64,000 bases of DNA from Prevotella sp. (GCA_017462915.1 JAFTQG010000046.1:15856-79855); one strand, 5' to 3'. Positions 27,470 through 37,463 are shown, numbered from the stretch's first letter. Translations and numbers: made by a program. The notes: generated by a model from the sequence alone, not told the origin.

Positions 27470-27590
27470 GGCTACTCATAGGTTTTAGTTCGTTCTTGGC
27501 TTCCGTCCGATACGTCTCCACAGCGCGAGGGCGCACAGTCCGTGCCTGCCCGTCATACAGCCTCTATGGAAACATCGGTGAAAGCTGTTG

Positions 27591-27598
27591 CAAAGATA
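27591..27598 (-). promoter_or_regulatory. candidate -7 box (TATCTTTG on minus) for nfeD-SPFH
   Basis: The plus strand reads caaagata, about 120 nt upstream of ATG 27469. Confidence 0.35.
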
Positions 27599-27817
27599 AT
27601 GCTTTTCCATGAGAAATGCAAGAGTTTTCCCTATTTAACATAAAATTAAAATGGCCGGACAATATTCATTGTGCCGTATGAACGACTGCAACATCTCGCT
27701 CATAATCTCCAATACAGCAACTGCACAATGGTTTCTCTCCGAAAAAAGCATATCGCGACAGCCATATATTTAACATTTATTTGTATCAGAAATAGCACAC
27801 TTATGAATTAAAAGATG

Positions 27818-27825
27818 TAATTTTG
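27818..27825 (+). promoter_or_regulatory. candidate -7 box TAATTTTG for the Fic gene
   Basis: TAnnTTTG match about 135 nt upstream of ATG 27962. Confidence 0.35.
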
Positions 27826-27961
27826 CAACAAAAGCAAATATACAACGGATTCAAGAGTCAAAGGAAATTCCGATTAAGCCAAGCAGACTACAGCAGACAC
27901 ATCTGCGTATCGTCTTGACGAAGAAAGGCAGAACGACTCCCAACATAACACCGCCTAAGCC

Positions 27962-28738
27962 ATGAATGGAGAACTGAAAGAACTGCTGCACGAGTGCGAC
28001 ACACTGAAAAACAAGCTGTCGGGATTGCGTCCCTTGCCTGCGGAAAGCCTGAAAAAGATTGAGGAGGCACTCGCCATCGAATACACATACGAGAGCAACC
28101 GCATAGAGGGGAACACGCTTACCCTGCAAGAGACCGCACTCGTCGTCAACGAGGGCGTCACCATCGCAGGAAAATCGATGCGCGAACATCTTGAGACCAT
28201 CAACCACATCGAAGCCATCGGCTACATCAAAGACTTCGCGAAAAGCGACATAGACATCTCGGAACGGACAATAAAGGAGATACATGCACTTGTCTTGCAT
28301 GGCATAGACAGGGAGAATGCAGGCCGATACAGGAACGTCCCCGTGATGATTTCGGGAAGCACCCACATGCCGCCGCAACCGTATCTGCTGGACAAGCTCA
28401 TGGAAGACTTCATGATGAAATTCCATGAAAAGGAGCAAGACCACGAGCATCCTGTGCTGACAGCCGCTTATCTGCACGACGAACTCGTGCGGATACATCC
28501 GTTCATCGACGGTAACGGACGGACATCGCGCCTGCTGATGAACCTGTATCTGCTGCGCAACGGTTACACCATCGTAAACCTGAAAGGCGACAACGAAGAC
28601 AAGATAAGCTATTACAAGGCTTTGGAAGCCTCACATACGGGCAATCGTCCGCTTGATTTCCGGAAGCTCGTCGCACAGGCAGAGATAAGTTCCCTGGAGC
28701 GTTATCTATCCATTCTCGGCTATTCCGCCACAAATTAA
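27962..28738 (+). CDS. Fic family protein (AMPylase-type)
   Basis: Canonical Fic motif HPFIDGNGRTSR (HxFx[D/E]GNGRxxR). Confidence 0.9.
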   Translation: MNGELKELLHECDTLKNKLSGLRPLPAESLKKIEEALAIEYTYESNRIEGNTLTLQETALVVNEGVTIAGKSMREHLETINHIEAIGYIKDFAKSDIDISERTIKEIHALVLHGIDRENAGRYRNVPVMISGSTHMPPQPYLLDKLMEDFMMKFHEKEQDHEHPVLTAAYLHDELVRIHPFIDGNGRTSRLLMNLYLLRNGYTIVNLKGDNEDKISYYKALEASHTGNRPLDFRKLVAQAEISSLERYLSILGYSATN

Positions 28739-28793
28739 ACATATATCGGCACAACGACCGACACACATTGTAAATCAGACACATACAGAAGAC

Positions 28794-28903
28794 ACGGCAA
28801 AGGGTCACGGTTTGCATCGCATTCCGTGACCCTTTGCCGTGTCAAACGTTACCTTTCACCATGTCAAAGGTGACCTTTTTCCGTGTAGAGGGTCACCCTT
28901 TGT
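28794..28903. repeat. REP-like AAAGGTSACC cluster; the first two units form a perfect 17-bp hairpin (28794-28840)
   Basis: The hairpin is acggcaaagggtcacgg tttgcatcgcatt ccgtgaccctttgccgt. It is followed by caaaggtgaccttttt and agagggtcaccctttg, and lies 56 nt after the Fic stop. Confidence 0.7.
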
Positions 28904-29036
28904 CTTGCCTCCCGTATAGCCTGCCCGAGAGAGAGGTATTCACAGGCTACGGCAACGGTCATCGGAGCCGTGCCGGAAAGGCAAGGACTGAGAGACCGCC
29001 TTACATGATTCTGTCGGGCATATCACCTCCGCGGAG

Positions 29037-30170
29037 CTACAGCTTCCGGCAGTAGCAGCGACGCCTCTTCGGGAACTCCGGATTGAGAATCCTCCACTGG
29101 TTCAGCTCCTTGAGGTTCTCCTCCAGCTGAGGGGCAGTCTCCGCATACTTGAAACCAGCCTTCTGATATATCGGGATAAGGTCGTAGAAGAACAGGGAGT
29201 TGACGCCTTTGCCCTGATATTCAGGCTTTATGGCTATGAGAATCATCTCCACCGTGTCCTCCATCTTGAATTTCAGGGCTTTGAGCAGATGGAACCACCC
29301 GAACGGGAATATCCTGCCCTTAGCCTTCCGTATGGCCCGCGCCAGCAAGTTCATCGTCACGGCGACACCGATGAGGTTGTCGTCCTTGTCCAGCACCAGT
29401 GTCACGAACTTCAGATCCACGAGCCCGAAATACGTTTTCACATAGCTGTCTATCTGACGCTGTGACAGTTGCGAGAAGCCGAACAGCGGAGCGTAGGCGG
29501 CATTGAGCAGGTCGAATATCTTCTGTCCGTAACCCTGTCTGAGCACCATGCCAGCCGTCAGCTTTCTTATCTTGAGCCCGTAGCGGCGCATTATCATCTC
29601 CGCGCCGCGCTTGAACTTATCAGGCATACCCTCAGGCACAGCCACACGTATCTGCACCCAGTCCACCTCCTTGCCGTAGCCGTGGGCGTCCATGTGGCTG
29701 ACATAGTAAGGATAGTTGTAGAGAGCCGTGAGCGAGCCCAGCTTGTCGAAGCCCTCGACGAGCATACCCTCCTTGTCGAAGTCGGTAAAGCCCATCGGTC
29801 CCTGTATGCTTGTCATGCCACGCTCCCTTCCCCAGTCCTCCACGGTCTTGAGAAGGGCGGCGGAGACCTCCATGTCGTCTATGAAGTCAAGGTATCCGAA
29901 GCGCACGTTCCTCACGTTCCACGTCTCGTTGGCGCGGTGGTTTATTATCGCCGCCACGCGTCCCACGACCTTGCCGTCTTTCCTTGCAAGGAAGAGTTCC
30001 GCCTCGCAGAAGTCGTAGGCGGCGTTCTTCTTAGGGTCAAATGTGTCGAGGACATCAAACTCCAGGTCCGGGACAGCATACTCGCTGTCCTTGTAAAGTT
30101 CATTGCCGAAATGTGCAAACGTCTTCCTGTCCTTCTTCGTCGTTACTTTTATTATGTCGATATTGCCCAT
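29037..30170 (-). CDS. conserved Bacteroidota protein, probable GNAT-family N-acetyltransferase
   Basis: 377 aa. The C-terminal part (..IAIKPEYQGKGVNSLFFYDLIPIYQKAGFKYAE..) resembles a GNAT acetyl-CoA binding segment. The call rests on recollection only. Confidence 0.5.
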   Translation of the reverse strand: MGNIDIIKVTTKKDRKTFAHFGNELYKDSEYAVPDLEFDVLDTFDPKKNAAYDFCEAELFLARKDGKVVGRVAAIINHRANETWNVRNVRFGYLDFIDDMEVSAALLKTVEDWGRERGMTSIQGPMGFTDFDKEGMLVEGFDKLGSLTALYNYPYYVSHMDAHGYGKEVDWVQIRVAVPEGMPDKFKRGAEMIMRRYGLKIRKLTAGMVLRQGYGQKIFDLLNAAYAPLFGFSQLSQRQIDSYVKTYFGLVDLKFVTLVLDKDDNLIGVAVTMNLLARAIRKAKGRIFPFGWFHLLKALKFKMEDTVEMILIAIKPEYQGKGVNSLFFYDLIPIYQKAGFKYAETAPQLEENLKELNQWRILNPEFPKRRRCYCRKL

Positions 30171-30278
30171 AGCACGTGCACAAAAGGTTTCAGTTTCCTA
30201 CAGGATGCCACGCCGCAGACATGCCGTCCCTGCACGGTTGCCGCCACATTCCTGTAGACTTAGTTGTATTTATAGATG

Positions 30279-30286
30279 CAAAATTA
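30279..30286 (-). promoter_or_regulatory. candidate -7 box (TAATTTTG on minus)
   Basis: The plus strand reads caaaatta, about 110 nt upstream of ATG 30170. Confidence 0.35.
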
Positions 30287-30347
30287 CAAAAAAAGTCCGT
30301 ATCCCCAAAAATATGTCAAATAATTTTGCCGTTTCCTTAATAATGAT

Positions 30348-30355
30348 TAACTTTG
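30348..30355 (+). promoter_or_regulatory. candidate -7 box TAACTTTG for parC
   Basis: TAnnTTTG match with TTTG at 30324-30327, 60 nt before ATG 30415. Confidence 0.45.
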
Positions 30356-30414
30356 CATAGGAGTAGTATCTATGCTCCTTTTTTCACCATAAACACAGAA
30401 ACCTACCCTACTCT

Positions 30415-33123
30415 ATGAGTGACGATATACAAGAAATGGAATCAGCTGAGGAACGTCAGCAGGAGACAGACTATAAGCCCGTAAACCGTTTTGACGCATC
30501 GATAGTGCACCATCTGTCGGGGATGTACCAGAACTGGTTCATCGACTATGCCTCATACGTCATACTGGAGCGTGCCGTGCCGCATATAGAGGACGGTCTG
30601 AAGCCCGTGCAGCGCCGCATACTCCACTCCATGAAGCGTATGGATGACGGCCGCTACAACAAGGTTGCGAACATCGTGGGACACACCATGCAGTTCCATC
30701 CCCACGGAGATGCTTCCATAGGCGACGCCCTTGTGCAGATAGGCCAGAAGAATCTGCTCATAGACTGTCAGGGCAACTGGGGCAATATACTCACAGGTTC
30801 ACGCGCGGCTGCTCCGCGATACATCGAGGCAAGGCTCTCGAAATTCGCCCTGGAGACTGTCTTCAACCAGAAGACGACGGAGTGGCAGATGTCCTACGAC
30901 GGCAGGAACAAGGAGCCGGTGACGCTCCCTGTAAAGTTTCCGCTGCTCCTTGCACAGGGAGCGGAGGGCATTGCCGTGGGCCTGTCGTCGAAGATTCTAC
31001 CTCACAACTTCAACGAACTGTGCGACGCCGCCGTGGCATACCTCCACGGCGAGGAGTATCATCTGTATCCCGACTTCCCTACAGGCGGCAGCATCGATGT
31101 GTCAAAGTACAATGACGGACAGCGTGGCGGAAGGGTGCGTGTGCGTGCCAAGATAGAGAAACTCGACAACAAGACGCTCGTCATACGCGACATACCTTAC
31201 TCCAAGACATCGGAGACCCTCATAGCCTCCATCACCTCCGCCATAGAGAAGGGAAAGATAAAGGCAAGGAAAGTGGAGGACCTCACGGCGGCACAGGTGG
31301 AGATTCTTATCCATCTCGCCCCTGGCACTTCGTCAGACAAGACCATCGACGCCCTCTACGCCTTTAGCGACTGCGAGGTCTCCATCTCCCCGAACTGCTG
31401 TGTCATAGAGGACAACAAGCCGGTCTTCGCGACCGTCTCCGATGTCCTCAACTACAATGCGGAGCAGACGAAGGAGCTCATACGCAAGGAGCTCGAGATA
31501 AGGCGCGGCGAACTCATGGAGCAACTGTTCTATGCGTCGCTCGAGAAGATATTTATCGAGGAGCGCATATACAAGGACCGCAAATACGAGAACGCTGCCA
31601 ATCTCGACGCCGCCTGCGAGCATATCGACGACAGGCTCACGCCGTTCTATCCGCAACTGGTGCGCGAGGTTACCAAGGATGACATCATCCGCCTCATGGA
31701 GATAAAGATGAAGCGCATCCTGAAGTTCAACAAGGACAAGGCAGACGAACTCATGGCAAGCATCAAGGCGGAGATAGCGGAGATAGACCGCGACCTCGCC
31801 AACCTCACGGAGGTGACCTGCAAGTGGTTCATGTATCTCAAGGGCAAGTACGGAGCTGACTATCCGCGCCTGACAGAGATACGCAATTTCGAGAACATCG
31901 ACGCCGTGCGCGTGCTGGAGGCCAACGAGAAGCTGTACATAAACCGTCAGGAGGGCTTCATAGGCACGGGGATGAAGAAGGACGAGTTTGTCTGCAACTG
32001 CTCCAATCTCGATGACGTCATCATCTTCTACAAGGACGGCAAATACAAGATCGTGAGGGTTCAGGACAAGATGTTTGTCGGCAAGAACATCCTCCATGTG
32101 CAGGTGCAGAAGAAGAACGACACCCGCACGATATACAATGTCGTCTACCGCGACGGCAAGCACGGATGGTATTATGCCAAGAGATTCCATGTCGCGAGCT
32201 TCACACGCGACAGCGAGTATGACCTCACGAAGGGGACGCCGGGCTCCAAGGTGGTCTATTTCACCGCTAATCCTAACGGAGAGGCGGAGGTGATAAAGGT
32301 GACGCTCGAACCGGGTGCCAAGGTCAAGAAGCTGTTCCTCGAGTATGACTTCGGCTCTCTTGCCGTGAAAAACCGCAATGCCGGAGGCAACACGCTGTCA
32401 AAGACCACCATACACCGCATATCCCTGAAGTCCCGCGGCCACTCCACGCTCGACGGGCGCGACGTTTGGTTCGACCCAGATGTCCTGCGCCTCAACTATG
32501 ACGAGCACGGAAAGTATCTCGGCAAGTTCAATGATGACGACTCCATACTCGTAGTGCTTGACAACGGCGAGGTCTACACTACCAATTTCGACCTCAACAA
32601 CCATTACGAGCAGAATATCCTCGTGATAGAGAAGCTGGACACGGCGAAGATATGGACGCTCCTCTTCCACAACGGGGAGCAGCAGGGACAGGTATACATG
32701 AAGCGTTTCAAGATGGACCTTGCCACGAAAAAGCATCAGAGCATCCTCGGTTCTGAGGGTTCTTCGGTCATCCTGCTCACCGATACGCCGTATCCGCGTG
32801 TCAGGCTGAATTTCCAGAACAACGAGACCGTACAGCGTGAGCCTTCTGAGGTAGAGTGCGAACCGTTTGTAGATGTCAAGGTTGCCGGCTTCAAATCAAA
32901 GGGAAAGCGCGTGGCGATATGGCCTGTGGCAAGCATCGACGAGCTGGAGCCTACACGCCTGCCTGACCCTGTTGAGGAGCAGACTGAGGCGGAGGACGGC
33001 AACGGCACGGAAGAGGGCAACGCCGACATTAAGGAGACCTCTCTCGACCCTGACGAGGGGAAGAGCGAGGATGAGGTGAGGGACGAGATTACAGGACAGC
33101 TGAGACTTGAATTCGATGAATAG
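30415..33123 (+). CDS. parC: DNA topoisomerase IV subunit A
   Basis: 902 aa with the GyrA/ParC N-terminal signature ..YASYVILERAVPHIEDGLKPVQRRILHSM.. It lacks a GyrA-box-like repeat region, and its size and acidic tail are typical of Bacteroidota ParC. Confidence 0.85.
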   Translation: MSDDIQEMESAEERQQETDYKPVNRFDASIVHHLSGMYQNWFIDYASYVILERAVPHIEDGLKPVQRRILHSMKRMDDGRYNKVANIVGHTMQFHPHGDASIGDALVQIGQKNLLIDCQGNWGNILTGSRAAAPRYIEARLSKFALETVFNQKTTEWQMSYDGRNKEPVTLPVKFPLLLAQGAEGIAVGLSSKILPHNFNELCDAAVAYLHGEEYHLYPDFPTGGSIDVSKYNDGQRGGRVRVRAKIEKLDNKTLVIRDIPYSKTSETLIASITSAIEKGKIKARKVEDLTAAQVEILIHLAPGTSSDKTIDALYAFSDCEVSISPNCCVIEDNKPVFATVSDVLNYNAEQTKELIRKELEIRRGELMEQLFYASLEKIFIEERIYKDRKYENAANLDAACEHIDDRLTPFYPQLVREVTKDDIIRLMEIKMKRILKFNKDKADELMASIKAEIAEIDRDLANLTEVTCKWFMYLKGKYGADYPRLTEIRNFENIDAVRVLEANEKLYINRQEGFIGTGMKKDEFVCNCSNLDDVIIFYKDGKYKIVRVQDKMFVGKNILHVQVQKKNDTRTIYNVVYRDGKHGWYYAKRFHVASFTRDSEYDLTKGTPGSKVVYFTANPNGEAEVIKVTLEPGAKVKKLFLEYDFGSLAVKNRNAGGNTLSKTTIHRISLKSRGHSTLDGRDVWFDPDVLRLNYDEHGKYLGKFNDDDSILVVLDNGEVYTTNFDLNNHYEQNILVIEKLDTAKIWTLLFHNGEQQGQVYMKRFKMDLATKKHQSILGSEGSSVILLTDTPYPRVRLNFQNNETVQREPSEVECEPFVDVKVAGFKSKGKRVAIWPVASIDELEPTRLPDPVEEQTEAEDGNGTEEGNADIKETSLDPDEGKSEDEVRDEITGQLRLEFDE

Positions 33124-33961
33124 GCTTCTGTCCATAATATGCCTTGTCATCCCTCTGTCGCTGTCGGCACAGGAGAAGCACATCACCAGCACGAAGATGC
33201 TCGGTGTAGGATACTGTGGCGTGCAGGACACGTATCTCTCGCCAGAGCATTACGGAGGCATGGAGATACGCTACCTCTCCCATACCGAGCGTGAGCGTGC
33301 CGAAGCTCCGCAAGACTCTCTCGCGTCGCAGGAAGGACGGAGAGGCAGGGAGCGCTGGACACGGCTTATCATCAACGAAGGGAACTTCGCTTACGGGAAG
33401 TCGCGCTCGAAGAACGGTGCCACGCTTTCCGGGGCATACCATTTCCAGTATGGAGTGTTGCGGAAATGGACTTTCCTTGCCGACCGCCTGACACTGAAAG
33501 GCGGGGCACAGGCGGAGTTTATTGGTGGCTTCATCTACAACACGCGCAACGGCAACAATCCTGCACAGGCGCGTGCGCTCATTGACATCGGACCTGTCGT
33601 CATGGCAAAATACATACTGAAAGGCGGCACAGCCGAGGGGAAAGGGCGCATAGCTGTGGCTTACGAGGCGTCGTGCCCGCTCTTCGGACTGACCTTCTCG
33701 CCCAATTACGGGCAGTCTTACTACGAGATTTTCAACGAGGGGAACTACGACCGCAACATCGTTCCCACGACCATAGTGTCCATGCCGTCACTGCGACAGC
33801 AACTGACGTTCACCTTCTGCCTCTCACGGACAAACCTCTCTGTGGGCTACCTCGGAGACTATCGGCAGCTGCAGGTGAACAATCTCAAGCAACACGTGTA
33901 CAGTTCGATGCTCATGGTGGGCATGACACATAGCTTTTATGCAGGAAGGAGGCGCCTATGA
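33116..33961 (+). CDS. hypothetical secreted protein, possibly outer membrane
   Basis: ATG 33116 (ATGAATAG overlap with the parC stop) gives the signal peptide MNRLLSIICLVIPLSLSAQE. Confidence 0.55.
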   Translation: MNRLLSIICLVIPLSLSAQEKHITSTKMLGVGYCGVQDTYLSPEHYGGMEIRYLSHTERERAEAPQDSLASQEGRRGRERWTRLIINEGNFAYGKSRSKNGATLSGAYHFQYGVLRKWTFLADRLTLKGGAQAEFIGGFIYNTRNGNNPAQARALIDIGPVVMAKYILKGGTAEGKGRIAVAYEASCPLFGLTFSPNYGQSYYEIFNEGNYDRNIVPTTIVSMPSLRQQLTFTFCLSRTNLSVGYLGDYRQLQVNNLKQHVYSSMLMVGMTHSFYAGRRRL

Positions 33962-35031
33962 CATCATTATTGCAAGGCAAGACCTCTCTTCCCTACCGTT
34001 TCTTCCACATCTTAAAGACTTCCGGCAGACGGGCTTTCATGCTCGTCTTCATAGCCGTTGTTTCTGCGGCGGTGACCGGTTGCGTCAACGAGGAGGAGTT
34101 TGAGAACACTTCCAGCGGTAACTTCGAGGCGTTGTGGAAAATCATGGACGAGCATTATTGTTTCTTTGAGCTGAAGGAAAAGGAGCTTGGGGTAAACTGG
34201 GACGAGGTGCACGGACGCTACAGCCGTCAGACAGCATCGCCTCTCAGCGGTGACCAGCTGTTTGAAATCCTCGGCAATATGCTCGGCGAACTGCGGGACG
34301 GGCATGTGAACATGTCATCGTCCTTCGACCTTGCGCGCAACTGGTCGTGGCGCGAAGACTATCCCACGAATCTTTCAGACACACTCCTCAGGACCTATCT
34401 CGGCACGGACTACAGGCAGACGTGTGGCATGCAATACAGATTTCTTGACGACAATGTGGGATATGTGCGGTGCTCTTCCTTCGAATATGCTCTCGGAGAG
34501 GGCAATATCGACGAGATTCTCTTCTATCTTGCGCCTGCCAACGGCCTGATAATAGATGTCCGCTCCAACAGCGGCGGACTGCTGACATCGGCGGAGAAGC
34601 TGGCAAGACGCTTCACAAACCAGGACATCACCGTGGGCTATATGCAGCACAAGACGGGAAAGGGGCATAACGATTTCTCGGCGATGGAGGAGCAGCGGCT
34701 GTCTGCCGTCAACCGCCTGCGCTGGCAGAAGAAGGTCGTGGTGCTCACGAACCGTGGCGTATACAGTGCCGCAAACGAGTTTGTGAAATACATGAAGGTA
34801 TGCGGAGCGACGACTGTAGGTGACCGCACGGGAGGAGGAGCAGGTATGCCGTTCTCCTCAGAACTGCCCAACGGCTGGTCGGTGCGCTTCTCTGCCTGCC
34901 CTATGTATGACGTCAACGGCAACTCTACGGAGCAGGGCATAGACCCAGACATCGCCGTGGCGCTGACAGACGAGGATTTCCTGCGAGGAAAGGATACAAT
35001 AATCGAATATGCAAGAAAACTGTTTCAGTAG
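33958..35031 (+). CDS. S41 family peptidase (tail-specific protease-like), lipoprotein
   Basis: ATGA overlap with the upstream gene. Lipobox ..AAVTGC. The S41 catalytic region IIDVRSNSGGLL is followed by VVVLTNRGVYSAANEF. Confidence 0.75.
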   Translation: MTSLLQGKTSLPYRFFHILKTSGRRAFMLVFIAVVSAAVTGCVNEEEFENTSSGNFEALWKIMDEHYCFFELKEKELGVNWDEVHGRYSRQTASPLSGDQLFEILGNMLGELRDGHVNMSSSFDLARNWSWREDYPTNLSDTLLRTYLGTDYRQTCGMQYRFLDDNVGYVRCSSFEYALGEGNIDEILFYLAPANGLIIDVRSNSGGLLTSAEKLARRFTNQDITVGYMQHKTGKGHNDFSAMEEQRLSAVNRLRWQKKVVVLTNRGVYSAANEFVKYMKVCGATTVGDRTGGGAGMPFSSELPNGWSVRFSACPMYDVNGNSTEQGIDPDIAVALTDEDFLRGKDTIIEYARKLFQ

Positions 35032-35033
35032 AT

Positions 35034-35279
35034 AGTTGTTTGGTGGTTTAGTTGTTTAGTTGTTTGGTGATTTAGTCGTTTAGTTGTCAGTTCCTATTTC
35101 GGCTATACCGGCTATTTCGGCTATACCAACGACAAAAAACAAAGACCCACTAAACAACTAAACCACTAAACCACCAAACAACCAAACAACTAAACCACCA
35201 AACCACCAAACCACTAAACCACTAAACCACCAAACCACCAAACCACTAAACAACCAAACCACTAAACAACCAAACCACC
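35034..35279 (+). repeat. stop-anchored mirrored repeat: 7 x RGTKGTTT (35034-35089), 9-nt-spaced GGCTAT core (35095-35128), 16 x AAACMACY (35152-35279)
   Basis: The left arm starts 3 nt after the TAG at 35029-35031. The right arm ends 5 nt before ATG 35285. The two 8-mer consensus sequences are exact reverse complements. Confidence 0.85.
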
Positions 35280-35284
35280 AACCA

Positions 35285-36097
35285 ATGCTAAAAGTAGAAC
35301 ATATAGTAAAAAGGTATGCCGGACATACCGCTCTCGACGATGTCAGCATCAGCGTCGAGAAAGGGAAGGTTTTCGGACTGTTAGGGCCGAACGGTGCCGG
35401 CAAGACGACTCTTATCCGTATCATAAACCGCATAACAGCTCCCGACAGCGGAAAGGTGTTCTTTGACGGACACGATTTCTGTGCCGATGACGTGCGCAAG
35501 ATAGGTTATCTGCCCGAGGAGCGCGGCCTGTACAAGAAGATGAAGGTCGGAGAGCAGGCGCTGTATCTCGCCCGTCTCAAGGGTATGTCGTCACATGACG
35601 CCAAGGCAGAACTGACGAAATGGTTTGAGAAGTTTGAAATCATGCCATGGTGGCACAAGAAGCTGGAGGAACTCTCCAAGGGTATGCAGCAGAAAGTGCA
35701 GTTCATAACGACCGTTGTCCACCGTCCGCCGTTGCTCATATTCGACGAGCCTTTCTCTGGTTTCGACCCCGTAAACGCCGAACTCCTGAAGCGTGAGATA
35801 CTGCAGTTGCGCGACGAGGGACACACCATCATCTACAGTACTCACAACATGGCTTCGGTGGAAGATGTCTGTGACGACATCGCACTGATAAACAAGAGCC
35901 GTGTAGTGCTCTCGGGCAGCGTACTGGACGTGAAGAGGAAGTTCGCAGACGGCACTTTCGAGATAAAGGCGCAGGGCACACGAGAGCAGGTGGAAACTCT
36001 CGCACAGCAACTCCGGAACGTGGAGATGCACGAGGTGCTCCCGTCCATGAACGACGTATTCCTCCGCACGATAAATCCGTCAACGGAAAATATTTAG
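35285..36097 (+). CDS. ABC transporter ATP-binding protein (ABC-2 type)
   Basis: Walker A GPNGAGKTT, signature LSKGMQQK, Walker B LLIFDEP. Confidence 0.9.
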   Translation: MLKVEHIVKRYAGHTALDDVSISVEKGKVFGLLGPNGAGKTTLIRIINRITAPDSGKVFFDGHDFCADDVRKIGYLPEERGLYKKMKVGEQALYLARLKGMSSHDAKAELTKWFEKFEIMPWWHKKLEELSKGMQQKVQFITTVVHRPPLLIFDEPFSGFDPVNAELLKREILQLRDEGHTIIYSTHNMASVEDVCDDIALINKSRVVLSGSVLDVKRKFADGTFEIKAQGTREQVETLAQQLRNVEMHEVLPSMNDVFLRTINPSTENI

Positions 36098-36113
36098 TAA
36101 CAACTCTTGAAAA

Positions 36114-37463
36114 ATGAATAACTTAGGAATAGTAATAGGCAGGGAATACATGACCCGTGTGAAGAAGAAGTCATTTCTCATCCTCACCATACTCATGCCG
36201 TTCCTTATCGTAGCCCTCGGCGCGTTTCCCATCATCCTCGGCTCTATAAAGGATGACGAGCAGAAACAGGTAGTCATAATGGACAAGACGGAGAAGTATC
36301 TGCCGCTTTTCGTCAACGCGTCAGCCTCCGGCGATTCTGTCTCCGACGACGAGATGCAGGGATACAAGTTCGTGCCTGGCGCTGGCGACCTGCAACTCTA
36401 CAATAGTGAGGAGATGGACATAGAGGCTGTGGTTTGCATCACAGAAGACCTGACCTCAAACCCTAATGCCGTAAAGATTTACAGCCGTAAGGAGGTGCAG
36501 GGCGATCTCATACGTCATGTGGAGAGGGTCCTTGACACACAGATTCACAAAGACAAGCTCGCCGCATATAATATACCGCAGCTTGAGACGATTGTCTCCG
36601 ACCTGCAGACAGGCATAGATATAAAGACCGTAAAATGGGGCGAGAACGGCGAGGAGACATTCTCCTCAAGCGAGCTCGCCATGGCTCTCGGCCTCATCTC
36701 CGCCATACTTATATATATGTTCGTGCTCATGTACGGTGCGATGGTCATGCAGGGGGTCATGGAGGAAAAGACAAACCGCATCGTTGAGGTCATCGTGGGC
36801 AGTGTCAAGCCGTTCCAGTTGATGATGGGCAAGATTATCGGTGTCATGCTTGTGGGCTTTACACAGATGATAGTATGGGCTGCGATGATTATAGGCATAA
36901 GCGCAGTCATAGGCATAAGTGCCATGCCGTCCATGACAGGCCCTTCCGTTGGCATTGAAGGCCAGCAGGTAGCTCCGCAGGCAGCTCTTCAGGCAATGGA
37001 GAGCAATCCGTCGGCAGAAATCATGCAGGCGATAAGCAATCTGCCATTGGCGGAGATAGGTATCATGTTCCTCTTCTTCTTCCTCGGCGGATATATACTC
37101 TACTCCTCTTTCTACGCGGCAATAGGCGCGGCGGTAAACTCGCAGGAGGATACCTCGCAGTTTATGACACCGATGGTGATCGTCATGGTCTTTGCCCTCT
37201 ACGCGGCAATGGGCTCTGCAGAGAACACCGACGGTCCGCTCGCGTTCTGGGCATCGATGTTCCCACTCACAAGTCCTATCGTGATGATGGTACGTATACC
37301 GTTCGGAGTGCCGCTATGGCAGGAGATACTGTCTCTCGTCATCCTCTATGCGACAGCCATCCTGTTTGTATGGGTTGGCGGAAAGATATACCGCATCGGC
37401 ATACTCATGTACGGAAAGAAGCCTACTGTCAAGGAGATGTGGAAGTGGATGAAATATTCTTGA
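36114..37463 (+). CDS. ABC-2 family transporter permease
   Basis: 449 aa with an N-terminal TM, a large extracytoplasmic loop and C-terminal TM bundles. It is adjacent to the ATPase gene. Confidence 0.75.
   Translation: MNNLGIVIGREYMTRVKKKSFLILTILMPFLIVALGAFPIILGSIKDDEQKQVVIMDKTEKYLPLFVNASASGDSVSDDEMQGYKFVPGAGDLQLYNSEEMDIEAVVCITEDLTSNPNAVKIYSRKEVQGDLIRHVERVLDTQIHKDKLAAYNIPQLETIVSDLQTGIDIKTVKWGENGEETFSSSELAMALGLISAILIYMFVLMYGAMVMQGVMEEKTNRIVEVIVGSVKPFQLMMGKIIGVMLVGFTQMIVWAAMIIGISAVIGISAMPSMTGPSVGIEGQQVAPQAALQAMESNPSAEIMQAISNLPLAEIGIMFLFFFLGGYILYSSFYAAIGAAVNSQEDTSQFMTPMVIVMVFALYAAMGSAENTDGPLAFWASMFPLTSPIVMMVRIPFGVPLWQEILSLVILYATAILFVWVGGKIYRIGILMYGKKPTVKEMWKWMKYS

Noticed and set aside
35158-35499. 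113-aa minus-strand ORF ending in GLVVWWFSGLVVWWFGGLVVW repeats, and similar ORFs at 18950-19234, 20046-20276, 22033-22221 and 37429-37650
   Set aside because: They are artefacts of translating the AC-rich/GU-rich octamer arrays. They overlap real gene starts.
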